The translations under genes and the position numbers were made by a program. This document shows positions 41,135 through 51,221 of a stretch of 64,000 nucleotides of DNA, one piece after another (positions within the stretch are counted from its first letter, which is position 1; each line of letters begins with the position of its first letter). This DNA is from Candidatus Spongiisociaceae bacterium (GTDB lineage Bacteria > Actinomycetota > Acidimicrobiia > Spongiisociales > Spongiisociaceae), in NCBI GenBank assembly GCA_965219685.1, contig CBDCOH010000002.1, forward strand, positions 2,688,001-2,752,000, read 5' to 3'. The notes under the pieces are model-generated. The model saw nothing but the letters and a program-made list of their open reading frames with translations. It searched no databases and was not told the origin of the DNA.

Positions 41135-43540
41135 TCAGGGCTTGGCGAGGCGGTACCCGACGCCGGACTGGGTGAAGATGTAGGAAGGGTTCCTGGCGTC
41201 GTCTCCCAACTTGTGGCGCAAGTTCTTGATGAACGAGCGGAGTAGGCGGTGGTCGGCCGGATGGTCCTCGCTCCAAACTCTGGTCAGCAGCTCGTCGTGG
41301 GTGAGCACCCGGCCGGGATGTCGGGAGAGTTCAAGGAGCAGCTTGTACTCGGTCGGGGTGAGTGGCACGGGTTTGCCTCCCAAGGTCACCGCGCGCTCCA
41401 GGTGGTCGACAGCTAAGTCGCCACACATGTAAGGCTCGATCCCGCCATGCGGATGCGCCACCGCCTGCCGCAGTGCGGCTCCGACCCTGGCGACGAGCTC
41501 CACCGGAGAGAATGGCTTGACCACAAAGTCCGCGGCGCCCAACTCGAATGCCCTGGCGATGGCCTGGCCCCGGCCCCGCCCGGACAGAACGATGACCGGC
41601 GTGTCGGAGTCGGAACGGATGCGTTTCAACAACTCGAACCCGTCGACTCCGGGAAGGACGAGATTCACCAGTACGAGTTGTGGGCTCTCCGACTCGAGCA
41701 GCTTGCTCACATCGTCCACCTCACCGGTGACCACCGGTGTGTATCCCGCCTTGGAGAGGGTGTTTCGGACGTAGCGCAGTATCTGGGGATCATCGTCTAC
41801 CACCAGGATGCGGTCGCGCGTCCGGGACTCGACCCCGGGATCCGTGGAACCCTCGGTGGTGTCGATCCGCCGGTCGGGTACGGTTCCATTGACAGTCGGG
41901 ATGGTGAAGATGAACCGTGTCCCTTTTCCCTCCCCGTCGCTCTCCGCCCAGATGCGGCCTCCGTGGGCTTCCACGATGCCCCGGCAGATGGCAAGGCCGA
42001 GACCGTGACCTCCGACACGGTGGTCTGCCTCGGCGTCGATCCGCGAGAACTTGGTGAACAGGTGCGGGAGGTGCTCGCCCGCTATGCCCCGACCGGCATC
42101 GTCAACCGAGATCACTACATGCGTGTCCTCCAACCAGCCGGTCACCCGGATCGGAGACCACTCTCGGGAGTACTTGGAAGCGTTGGAGAACAGGTTGTGA
42201 AGCACTTGGACTATCCGCTGGCCGTCCGCGGCCACCCGCGGCAGGTTGGGCGCCACCTCGATGTCGAGGCTGTTGCGGTAGCCACCGCTGAGGAACGCGT
42301 TCCTAGCCTGGTCGATCAAGGCCGCGATATCGGTCGGCTCGGCAACGACCGAAAGGGTCCCGGCCTCGATTCGGGTCAGGTCCAGCAGGTTGTTTATCAG
42401 GTCCCGCATCTGGTCGGCCTGCTCCTCGATGATGCGGAAGAACTGGCGTGTCTCCGCCGGGTCAAGCGGTGATGTGGTGCCCAGCACGGTGGCGGCGGAA
42501 CCCTTGATCGAGGTCAAAGGCGTTCTCAGTTCGTGGCTGACCATTCCCAGGAAATCGGTGCGCAGCCGCTCCAACTCCTCCAGCGGGGTGATGTCCTGGA
42601 TCGTAGCTACGACCGCGACGAGTTGGCCGTCCTCGGCATGGATCGGTGTGGTGTTGATGAGGGTGGTCACCCGCTCACCGGAGGGAAGGCCGATCACCAG
42701 TTCCTCGGCCCGTACGGTCTCACCGGTGCGCACCGATCGTTCATGGGGGATGTCGTCGGGCGACACGACAGTTCCGTCCATGCGCCGGAACTCAAGGCTC
42801 TCAAGGACAAGCGTACTGTCCTGATCCTCACCGGATCGGAAACCCATGATACGGCGGGCCTCGTTGTTGACCTTGACCACTTTCCGGGTGAGGACATCTA
42901 AGACTAGAACTCCCACCGGCGATGTATTGACCAGGGCTTCGAGATCGGCTTTGGCCCGTTGCTCGTCGCCGTAACGGCGCGCGTTGGTTATCGCCAGCGC
43001 CGCCTGGTTGGCGAACATCTTGAGGGTCTCCTCATCCTCCAAGCTGAACTCGTCGACGGTTGCCCCCGTGCTGATGTAGATGTCGCCGACGTGCCTGTCT
43101 CCAACCCGGATTGGCGTACCCATGCACGCCCCCACCTCAACGGGGAAGTCAGGGAAGCCGGCAGCATCCGCGTAGGCCACCAGATCACGGGTTCTCAACG
43201 GTTCCGGCAACTTGATGAGATACTCGAGGAAGGCCCAGCCCTTCGGGTATTGCGACACCCGCTCTCTTTCCTCGTCGCTCAGACCGGAGAACAGCAGGTC
43301 TTGAGGCTCGCCGGCCTCGCTGTGGGTGGAGAGCACGCTGTAGCGCGCTTCGGTCAGGGTCCGGGCACTGTCAACGACCTCCTGAAGGACGGTGTCGAGG
43401 TCGAGGTCCTCGCTGATCCGCAGGATTGCCTCGGTCAGGTTGGAGAGCCGAGCCCGCAGAGTCTCGATCTCGGCGCGCAGACGCTCGCCGTCGACCGTAC
43501 CCATCACGGCGTCACCGACAGGGTTGCCACGCGGATCCAC
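41135..43540 (-). CDS. Fused sensor kinase-response regulator: GAF-PAS-HisKA-HATPase-REC-OmpR/KdpE-type wHTH
   Basis: SHELRTPL H-box; NLFSNASKY; D.GRGI; GLGLAIC; RILVVDDD; LTPTEYKLL...LRHKLGDDARNPSYIFTQSGVGYR. Start may be 43504. Confidence 0.92.
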   Translation of the reverse strand: MDPRGNPVGDAVMGTVDGERLRAEIETLRARLSNLTEAILRISEDLDLDTVLQEVVDSARTLTEARYSVLSTHSEAGEPQDLLFSGLSDEERERVSQYPKGWAFLEYLIKLPEPLRTRDLVAYADAAGFPDFPVEVGACMGTPIRVGDRHVGDIYISTGATVDEFSLEDEETLKMFANQAALAITNARRYGDEQRAKADLEALVNTSPVGVLVLDVLTRKVVKVNNEARRIMGFRSGEDQDSTLVLESLEFRRMDGTVVSPDDIPHERSVRTGETVRAEELVIGLPSGERVTTLINTTPIHAEDGQLVAVVATIQDITPLEELERLRTDFLGMVSHELRTPLTSIKGSAATVLGTTSPLDPAETRQFFRIIEEQADQMRDLINNLLDLTRIEAGTLSVVAEPTDIAALIDQARNAFLSGGYRNSLDIEVAPNLPRVAADGQRIVQVLHNLFSNASKYSREWSPIRVTGWLEDTHVVISVDDAGRGIAGEHLPHLFTKFSRIDAEADHRVGGHGLGLAICRGIVEAHGGRIWAESDGEGKGTRFIFTIPTVNGTVPDRRIDTTEGSTDPGVESRTRDRILVVDDDPQILRYVRNTLSKAGYTPVVTGEVDDVSKLLESESPQLVLVNLVLPGVDGFELLKRIRSDSDTPVIVLSGRGRGQAIARAFELGAADFVVKPFSPVELVARVGAALRQAVAHPHGGIEPYMCGDLAVDHLERAVTLGGKPVPLTPTEYKLLLELSRHPGRVLTHDELLTRVWSEDHPADHRLLRSFIKNLRHKLGDDARNPSYIFTQSGVGYRLAKP

Positions 43541-44086
43541 CCGCTACCCGTGTCACGTGTCTCCGCCGTCTCTACCGCTACCACCCCTAGCCTCCACTAT
43601 ACGTTTATGCTCCGGTGTCCCTTTACGTGTCCAACTGTTCACGTATCACGCGTCGCCCACTCTCCGGCAAGCCGAAGGTGATGTGCTGATGAGGCCGGTA
43701 AGCCCATCAGAACACTCCGATCACCGATGGTGTGACACGACGGGCAGGGTCCAGTTGTCTCAAGCCCGCGCAGCAGAACCAGTACCGACCCGCCACTATT
43801 CATTGTACAGAGGGGACGTCGGCATTGATGCAGTATGAAGTGTCTCTATATTTGTGCTAGTAAAAGTGAATAGATCCTCATGTTATTTTGTTTGTTGAGC
43901 GCCCAAAGCCGGCTCAAGCGGGTTCGGTTGATTGGCATATGTGCCATTCCAGTCCCTCGTGGACTTCCACCTACAACGAAGGCCCACAGATGTGGGCAGT
44001 TGCCAACGTCGAATCAATACTGAGCACTGCTAGCTGGTCTCCGCGGGGGGATACCGACCTGCTGTAGCCCGTCGGTGTGGGCCTCG

Positions 44087-45853
44087 TCAGAACGCCCACA
44101 GGCGAGGAATGAAGATGACGGACAGGATGCAAAAGAGAATGTTGAGCGGCATCCCGGCGCGTAGAAAGTCCGTGTACCGGTATCCCCCGGGGTTGTAGAT
44201 CATGGTGTTGGTCTGGTAGCCGACCGGCGTGGAGAACCCGGTGGAAGCGGCGAAGGTAATGGCCATCAGCAAGGGCCGGGGATCCACTCCGATCTGCTCC
44301 GCGGTGGAGATGGCTATGGGAGCCAGCAGCACCGCCGCCGCCGCGTTGCTCATGGTCTCGGTCATGAGGGCGGCCAGCAGGTAGATGGCCGCCAGGACGG
44401 CTACGGGTCCCATAGCCCCCACCAATCCGACCGCGTATTCGGCCATGAAGCCCGCCGCTCCGCTGGTGTGCATGGCGATGCCCAGGGGGAGCACCCCCGC
44501 CAGAAGGAAGATGACCTGCCAGTTGATGGCCTGATAGACCTCCTCGGGGCGGAGAATGCGGGTCATCACCAGGGCGACGCAGCCGAGCAGGGCGGCGGCC
44601 AGGATCGGCAGCACGTCGAAAGCCGCTAGGCCCACGACCACCGCGAGTATCCCGATGGCCAACGGGGCCTTGCGCCGTAGGACGGAGCCGGGCACCTCGT
44701 TGAGGACAATGAAGTCGCTGCTGCGGCGCATGTCCCGTATCGCCGCCTCCTGCGCCTGTACCAGCAAGGAGTCGCCCACGTCGAGTTTGATCGATCTGAG
44801 CTTGTCGTTGATGGTCTCGCCCCTGCGCTGCATGGCCAGCACCAGCGCCCTGTATCGGCTCCGGAAATCCAGGTCCTTGAGGGTGCGCCCTATCAGCGCC
44901 GAATCAGGTGCTACCAGGACTTGGACGAGGCGCAGGTCCTCGGTCTGGAGGGTCTCGTCGCGCAACGTGAAGTCGGCGTCTATCCGCAGCCCCATCGTGC
45001 CGCGGAGGCGTATCAGGTCCGGCAGGGAACAATGCACGAGCAGCACGTCCTCGGGCTGGATGACCCGGCGAAGGGGAGCCCATCCTTCCTCGCCCGCATT
45101 GAGGACCCGCAAGACCGTTATATCGTGGTCCTCCCCGAGCTTGCTGTCGAGCACCGACTTGCCCACCAGCGGGGAGTTGTGCCGGACCCTCAGTTCCGTC
45201 ACGTACTCGCCCAGGTGATACGTGGCCGCCAGTTCCTGCGCCTGGCGGTCGGGCAACAGCCACCGCCCGAAAACCAGGAAGTAAGCGGCCCCCGCTACGA
45301 AGAGGATCAAACCCATCCGTGTGAACTCGAACATGCTGAACGATCCGTACCCGGCCTGCTCGGAGATCGAACTGACCAGGAGATTCGTGGAAGTGCCGAT
45401 CAGGGTGCACACCCCGCCGAACTGGGAGGCGTAGGAGAGGGGTATCAGGAGCCTGGAGGCTGACATCTGCCGACGGTTGGCGAGGAGGGTCACCAGGGGA
45501 ATGAACACCGCAACCGCAGCCGTGTTGTTCACGAAGGCGGACATGATGGTGATCGTCACCATGATGACCACCAGAGCCGTGTAATGGTTCCGGCTGTATC
45601 GCACCATGAGCCGTCCCACCGCAGCGGTGGCACCGGTTTTCTGCAGTCCGGCACCTAGGACGAACATGCAGGCCACGGTCAGGGTCGCCGGGTTGCTGAA
45701 GCCGGAGAATCCCTCATGGAGCGTGACCAAACCGAGAACCAGCAGGAGTCCCAGCCCCAGCATGGCCACAATATCCAGGGGGTACTTCTCGGAGACGAAC
45801 AGCGCCACGATCCCGACGAGAATGACGACGACCAGGATGCCCTCGAAGGTCAC
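44087..45853 (-). CDS. SLC13/CitMHS-family anion permease with TrkA-C domains
   Basis: SAFVNNTAAV...GGVCTLIGTSTNL...TPVGYQTN...GYRYTDFLRAG. Confidence 0.93.
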   Translation of the reverse strand: MTFEGILVVVILVGIVALFVSEKYPLDIVAMLGLGLLLVLGLVTLHEGFSGFSNPATLTVACMFVLGAGLQKTGATAAVGRLMVRYSRNHYTALVVIMVTITIMSAFVNNTAAVAVFIPLVTLLANRRQMSASRLLIPLSYASQFGGVCTLIGTSTNLLVSSISEQAGYGSFSMFEFTRMGLILFVAGAAYFLVFGRWLLPDRQAQELAATYHLGEYVTELRVRHNSPLVGKSVLDSKLGEDHDITVLRVLNAGEEGWAPLRRVIQPEDVLLVHCSLPDLIRLRGTMGLRIDADFTLRDETLQTEDLRLVQVLVAPDSALIGRTLKDLDFRSRYRALVLAMQRRGETINDKLRSIKLDVGDSLLVQAQEAAIRDMRRSSDFIVLNEVPGSVLRRKAPLAIGILAVVVGLAAFDVLPILAAALLGCVALVMTRILRPEEVYQAINWQVIFLLAGVLPLGIAMHTSGAAGFMAEYAVGLVGAMGPVAVLAAIYLLAALMTETMSNAAAAVLLAPIAISTAEQIGVDPRPLLMAITFAASTGFSTPVGYQTNTMIYNPGGYRYTDFLRAGMPLNILFCILSVIFIPRLWAF

Positions 45854-46141
45854 GTCAGCCTATCGCTTGAGAACGAGAGGATCGGCACGGCTTTCATCCG
45901 GAACCGAGACTACCTGCTACTCAGTCGTCCGTATCCACTGGAGTTCCCTTTGAGTTCGCCCGGTGACCGGACACTTCCAAAGCGAGAGCGCGTTGTCGCC
46001 GACAGGGGCGAGGTGCAGAGTGCCGCGTCGTGCAGCCACCGCACCAGCCGGTGCACCTCAACGACGATGCTCAGCTCTGCCGAGCCTTTGGCATCCGTCG
46101 GTGGCACGGACCGGTTCTACCGTCACCGACCGGCCCGGCGC

Positions 46142-46561
46142 TCAGCTATCGACCACTATCGGCACCGCTTGAATCCGATTCGAGTACACAGCAACGAGAA
46201 GCGGGCCTGGGCGCGAACACTCCTCGACAATCCGGGGGAGGTTCCGCAGAAAGCGATCGGCCATCTCGCTGGCATCAAGGTTCTGCTTCGTGAGGTAGAA
46301 GCAGCGCACCTTGAACTTGACGATAGCCATCCGCTGACTCCGGAGCCGGCCGATCCGCTTGTCCTTGGTAAACGCTATCCAACCCCTTGAGCCCACGAGT
46401 TCGAGCCACTCGGCATCGGGGACATCCTGATCTCTCGGTCGGCCGTAGTGTTCCGTCAGGGTGATCAAGGTCAAGCCGGAGTCCCGAAGGATTCGCGGGA
46501 CCTGTACAGGCCCCAGACTTCGATCGAGAAAGAGCTCAGGCAGCCCTTCGGGATGCGACAC
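46142..46561 (-). CDS. PIN-like toxin, VapC45 type
   Basis: LFLDRSLG...D.EWLE.VG.RGWIAFTKDKRI; overlaps the DUF433 antitoxin. Confidence 0.82.
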   Translation of the reverse strand: MSHPEGLPELFLDRSLGPVQVPRILRDSGLTLITLTEHYGRPRDQDVPDAEWLELVGSRGWIAFTKDKRIGRLRSQRMAIVKFKVRCFYLTKQNLDASEMADRFLRNLPRIVEECSRPGPLLVAVYSNRIQAVPIVVDS

Positions 46562-47255
46562 GGATGGCGTCCTCTATATGGTCCACAGGTACTCCGAACT
46601 CGTCCGTGAGTTCGGAGATCGACTCGCCGGCCAAGAATCGATGAACGATGTCCTCCACGCGGTACCCACCGGTGACGAATATCGGCGCGCCGGACGACCG
46701 GGTCGGATCAACGACAACCTCGGCATAGCGATAAGCGGGAACTCGGAAGACTTCGACGTAGCCGTCCTCGGAGTACCGGAAGCCCTGTAGGTACTCCTCA
46801 ATCACCTCTGCGAACACGCGCTGATCGTTACGGATGACGACCAATCGGCGCGCGGCTCGGCCAGCCTCTTCATCAGGATGACGCTCCGAGAAGTCGTATA
46901 GCAGCTCGGCGCCGTCCGTAAACAGCTTCTTGTGGGCCAAGGCATGGCGCAGGCCAAGTCCCTCCTGGAGCTTCTCCAAGGCGGGCCTGACCCGTTGCAT
47001 GGGAACCCCGCTCCTTCGGATGGCGGCCAGCGCCGTCGCTTCGGCGAGCCCGACGAAGGGGATGTAGGGGTGTCTCGACCGGTACGTCGGCGCGTGGGTG
47101 ATGAGGGGCTCGCCCCGGACCTCAGGGCGGCCGGGCGGTCGCCTCACGTAGCCCCGCGCCCATGTGGTAAGCGTGGTGGGAGGCACTTTGACGATGTCAG
47201 CCGCCTCTGTGATGGTGTACAGCGGGTCAACAAACCTGGCTTGGTCGAAGGTCAT
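46536..47255 (-). CDS. VapB45-like antitoxin (HTH plus DUF433)
   Basis: PLYTITEAA...TL.TW..GY...FVGLAEA...RRSGVPMQR.R...VVDP.RSSGAPIF...RF.AGESI.EL..EFG. Confidence 0.85.
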   Translation of the reverse strand: MTFDQARFVDPLYTITEAADIVKVPPTTLTTWARGYVRRPPGRPEVRGEPLITHAPTYRSRHPYIPFVGLAEATALAAIRRSGVPMQRVRPALEKLQEGLGLRHALAHKKLFTDGAELLYDFSERHPDEEAGRAARRLVVIRNDQRVFAEVIEEYLQGFRYSEDGYVEVFRVPAYRYAEVVVDPTRSSGAPIFVTGGYRVEDIVHRFLAGESISELTDEFGVPVDHIEDAIRVASRRAA

Positions 47256-47319
47256 GGTCGGTTCCTCCTGCCCTACGCCTCATTCAAGCATCGGGAGCGT
47301 ACCTATCACGACAATCGTG

Positions 47320-47662
47320 GCCCGGGGGTGGGGGTATTCGATGCCAGCGGCGACCGTCCGTCGAATAGCTGTCGCGAACGTTCCCTGCAAGTGCGGGCGA
47401 CAGCCGAGATCGACCATACCGGTCTCCTCGGCGCGTGTACTTCCACGTACTCCTCCTGTGCCAACATGGCCGGTGGGGCTCCCTCTCCTCGCTGCCGGAT
47501 CTCACGCCCCACCAGCTCGGAGAAGACCACACTCAACGTTTGGGAATCGGGGTCACAGGGTGGGGACTCTCGGTGATCGCCAACACGACTGTCTGCTCCC
47601 TAGGACCTCGCAGCCGGAGATGCATCAGGCCGAGCCCGCCGTATTGTCAGAAGCGGAGACAT
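47320..47662 (-). pseudogene. Possible decayed GNAT acetyltransferase
   Basis: Fragments in different frames: MSPLLTIRRARPD..., HAPRRPVWSISAV, PHLQG; stops and frameshifts between them. Confidence 0.3.
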
Positions 47663-47876
47663 CCTGATGAGCACAGTCTGCCCGTACGTTAAGGGTCGCG
47701 CGTGCATAGTGAACCACCGCCGATCCACCGTTCGCTCGGTTTCCAAACGCGATGGGCCCTCCCTTCGCGAGGCACCTCGGAGCCGAGTGCTTGGAACCAC
47801 CGACTACCGCCTCCTCGACAGTCGACTCCGAACCTCCAGCTCAAGCGGAGCGTTTCTTGCGGGGACGGAAAGCTGG

Positions 47877-48884
47877 TCATGCGGTCGGTTCTGCCAGCAG
47901 GTTGACGACGAGGCGGATCATCAGGTCCTTGCTGCGTGGAGGGCTCTCGGCGATGAGCAGGGTCAGAGCGGTTAGGGCCTGGGGATTGAGTTGGTGCTCC
48001 ACGCCCTCCTGTTCGAGATAGACCAGGAACAGCAGCGAGCCGATGCGCTTGTTGCCGTCAGTGAAGGGATGGTCCTTCACCAGGAAGTAGAGAAGGTTCG
48101 CCGCTTTCTCCTCCCTGGAGCGGTAGAGCGGCTCCCCGAACATGGTCTGCTCGACGTTGCCGAGGATGGCATCGAGCATGTCACCGCGGAGGCTGCCGAA
48201 GAGGTGGGTGGCCTCCCCGCGCACCATCAACTCCCGCTTGAACTCGGCGATCGTCTCAACCGCGCGGTCGTATTCCAATGCGGTATTGGCAGGTTTCGCG
48301 CCTGCCAGCGTCCCGAGCCGATCCTCGTCGTACTCCAAGAGCAGGCGCCATGTGGCGGCATAACCGGAGATGAGATCCAGGACAGCGCTCCCGGTGTCAT
48401 CGACCAGAGCCTGGTTCCGCAACGTCCGGGCCAGGAGATCCAGCGTTTCCCGCGCCTCGCTCAGCCCACGCTCGGCCAGCCGCCGCTCGTTCAGCGTGTA
48501 GCCTCGAACGAGGTGTTCGCGCAAGGTATGCGTGGCCCACTGACGAAATCGCACAGCCTGGCGCGAGTTGACCCGGTAGCCCACGGAGATGATGGCGTCG
48601 AGGTCGTAGTGCCTGATGCGGCGCCTTACCTGTCTCCCGCCCTCAGATCGAACTAGTAAGAAATCCTTGGTAGTTGCTTCCTCGTCCAGTTCGTCGTCGG
48701 CGAACACGTTCTGAAGATGCATCAGCACGTTCTGGGGAGTGGTGTCGAACAAGTCCGCCATCTGGCGCCGGGTCAGCCACACCGTCTCCCGGTCGAGGCG
48801 GACATCCACTTGCACAGCACCGTCCGCGGCCCCATAGACCACGATCTCCCCACCCGGGGACCGTTCCGCTGTTGCTCGGCTCAT
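47877..48884 (-). CDS. RhuM/Fic-DOC family protein
   Basis: ETVWLT..QMA.LF...YDLDAIISVGYRVNS...FRQWAT; Fic motif KDHPFTDGNKRIG. Confidence 0.93.
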   Translation of the reverse strand: MSRATAERSPGGEIVVYGAADGAVQVDVRLDRETVWLTRRQMADLFDTTPQNVLMHLQNVFADDELDEEATTKDFLLVRSEGGRQVRRRIRHYDLDAIISVGYRVNSRQAVRFRQWATHTLREHLVRGYTLNERRLAERGLSEARETLDLLARTLRNQALVDDTGSAVLDLISGYAATWRLLLEYDEDRLGTLAGAKPANTALEYDRAVETIAEFKRELMVRGEATHLFGSLRGDMLDAILGNVEQTMFGEPLYRSREEKAANLLYFLVKDHPFTDGNKRIGSLLFLVYLEQEGVEHQLNPQALTALTLLIAESPPRSKDLMIRLVVNLLAEPTA

Positions 48885-48999
48885 GGTTCACATCGTACCG
48901 CCAGGCTGTGACACGCCGACGCGACCGCTAGGCGGATATGCGCTCAAAGGGCCGAGACACGAACGCCGCGGCACCCGACCGGGACAGTCCCGTAGAGGG

Positions 49000-49215
49000 T
49001 TGTTGATTTGGCTAACTTTCGTGATGCGGCCCTGCTACATCAGACTGAAGGTGTGCATATCTTTGCACCGGTTGCCTTCGGGGTTAGCTCGCTTCCCGAA
49101 ATGCGTTCCGGGATGTGCCGGGTCGCGACCGAACGATCACACCCGAGCTGGTCGGCCATCTGCCGCTGGGTCAGCCAGACCGTGTCCTGAACGACGCGCA
49201 CGTCGAGGCTTCCGG
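49000..49215 (-). pseudogene. Degenerate rhuM N-terminal fragment
   Basis: SLDVRVVQDTVWLTQRQMADQLGCDRSVATRHI, then frameshifted ELTPKATGAK..AHLQ; paralogous to the start of the 48884 gene. Confidence 0.75.
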
Positions 49216-49244
49216 GCAGTTCAAACCCGCCCTACCAGCCCACC

Positions 49245-49620
49245 TCAGAGAGGAGTCATGCCATCGGCTTTTTCCGCTTCGGCCCACTGCTCTCGTGCAT
49301 TGCGCGCTGTTTCGACAGTGTCTACCGATCCGAGGCTCTGGTCGAGAAAGAGCCTAGGCAGCCCTTCCGGATGCGACATGGATCGCGTCCTCCACATGAG
49401 CTGCCGGCACACGGAACTCCACCGTCAGTTGCTGCACCGTCTCGCCGGCGCGGTATCGATACAAGACATCCTTTACGCGGCACCCTCCCCTTGCGAAAAT
49501 CGGAGCGCCAGCCGACCGGTACGGATCAACGACAACCTCAGCCCGCTCATATCCGGGTACTCGGATGAGCTTCACATAGCCGTCTCCGGCATACTCGAAT
49601 CTCTGTAGGTAGTCGACGAT
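49245..49620 (-). pseudogene. Truncated vapB45/vapC45 paralog (antitoxin C-terminal half plus first ~19 codons of toxin)
   Basis: DYLQRFEYAGDGYV..IRVPGY..AEVVVDP.RS.GAPIF...HVEDAIHVASGRAA* parallels the 46536 gene; MSHPEGLPRLFLDQSLGSV parallels the toxin start and then diverges. Confidence 0.85.
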
Positions 49621-49717
49621 GGGGAGAGATCGCGCGACGGCAATCTTCGGACGGAGGCTGGCCAACTCTACGGTGGACTTCCGCTTGCCACGGGATCGAG
49701 CCGTCGGATGCCGGGGG

Positions 49718-51217
49718 TCAGATGCCGGCGGTTACGACCTTGGCGGCTTCGGCGAAGATGCCGGCGAGTTGGAAGGGGAGCACACCGGCCACGATCACAA
49801 ACAGGGCGGATATGCCCAGGGCCAGGGCGAGGGAACCGCTGAGAGGCCGGGTCCCCAGGGCGGGGTCGGGGGCGTCCTCGGGGAGGGGGTCCATCCACAT
49901 GGTCTTGGCGACCCGGGCGTAATAGACGAGGGCGATAACCGCGTTGACCGCGGCTATCACCGCCAGCGCGGTCGCCCATGCGTTGGCGGGGCGGAGGATG
50001 GCCAGGAACATGGCGAACTTGGCGTACCAGCCGGCCAGTGGTGGGATCCCGGCCAGCGAGAAGAAGAAGATGGCGCCGAGGGTGGCGACGCGGGGCGAGT
50101 AACGCCACATCCCGGCCCAGCCGTCGATCATCGCGGTGCCGGTACGGCGGGCTGCGGCTATCACCACTCCGAAAGCGCCCAGGTTCATGAAGGCGTAGAT
50201 GATCACGTACACGATGGTGGCCGACGCGGCCTCCTGGATCACACCGGCGTCGCTGGTGACAGACGCGGCGGCGAACGGCACCAGGATGAAACCACCCTGC
50301 GCTATCGACGAGTAGGCCAGCATCCGCACGATGTTGTCCTGGCGGAGCGCGGTCAGGTTGCCCAGCGTCATCGACAGCGCAGCCAGAACCCACAGCGCCG
50401 GTCCCCAGATCTCGGTCACCGACGGGAACGCCTTGTAGCAGAGGAGCAACAGACCCACGAAACCGGCGGCCTTCGAACCGACCGACAGGTAGGCGGTCAC
50501 CGGTGTGGGGGAACCCTCGTAGGTGTCCGGCGCCCAGAAGTGGAACGGGACCGCGGTGATCTTGAAACCGAACCCCACCAGGGTGAACAGTACGGCCAGC
50601 CGGAAGGCGCCGCTGTCCAGGAGGTCCGCCCCGGCGGTGCGGATGCCCTCGAACGTCACCGACCCGGTCAAGCCGTAGAGGAAAGACATGCCGTATAGGA
50701 GGATGGCGGTGGAGAGCACCCCGAGGATGAAGAACTTCAGTGAAGCCTCGTTGGACTTCTCATCTCCCTTGCGCCAGCCCGCCAACAGGAACAGCGGGCC
50801 CGTGACCAACTCGAGACCCACGAACACCGTGATCAGATCGCGGGAGGAGGCCATGATCAGCGAACCGAGAATCGAGGTGAGCAGCAGCAGGTAGTACTCG
50901 CCCTGGTAATACCGGTCGCTCTCGATGTAGGAGACGGACATCAGCAGCACCAGGTACCCGCCCACGATGAACACCGCCTTGAGCACCAGGGCGAAGTCGT
51001 CCACCACGTAGGCGCCACCCAGCATCGACCTGGCATCCGGGCCCCCGCCGAACGCCAGGGTGACCAGCGGGACGGCCGCCAGGGCCAGGCCCACCACCCC
51101 GGCGAAGGCGGTCCAGTACTTGCGGGGTCTGGGCAGGGCCACGTCCAGACCTAGCACCACGAGGATGGTGGCGGCTACGACGATCTCGGGCGCCAGGGCG
51201 TGGTAGTCGAGGTCCAC
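49718..51217 (-). CDS. nuoN: NADH-quinone oxidoreductase subunit N
   Basis: EASLKFFILG...GFKITAVPFHFWAPDTYEG...RMLAYSSI. Confidence 0.95.
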   Translation of the reverse strand: MDLDYHALAPEIVVAATILVVLGLDVALPRPRKYWTAFAGVVGLALAAVPLVTLAFGGGPDARSMLGGAYVVDDFALVLKAVFIVGGYLVLLMSVSYIESDRYYQGEYYLLLLTSILGSLIMASSRDLITVFVGLELVTGPLFLLAGWRKGDEKSNEASLKFFILGVLSTAILLYGMSFLYGLTGSVTFEGIRTAGADLLDSGAFRLAVLFTLVGFGFKITAVPFHFWAPDTYEGSPTPVTAYLSVGSKAAGFVGLLLLCYKAFPSVTEIWGPALWVLAALSMTLGNLTALRQDNIVRMLAYSSIAQGGFILVPFAAASVTSDAGVIQEAASATIVYVIIYAFMNLGAFGVVIAAARRTGTAMIDGWAGMWRYSPRVATLGAIFFFSLAGIPPLAGWYAKFAMFLAILRPANAWATALAVIAAVNAVIALVYYARVAKTMWMDPLPEDAPDPALGTRPLSGSLALALGISALFVIVAGVLPFQLAGIFAEAAKVVTAGI

Positions 51218-51221
51218 CCGG

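Noticed and set aside
43684-43715. CTGATGA as a hammerhead ribozyme core
   Set aside because: No downstream GAAA core or stem II geometry; the segment pairs with CATCAG as a simple hairpin.
45860-46140. Possible further gene remnant between vapC45 and the SLC13 permease
   Set aside because: The short ORFs give no motif I can assign with confidence.
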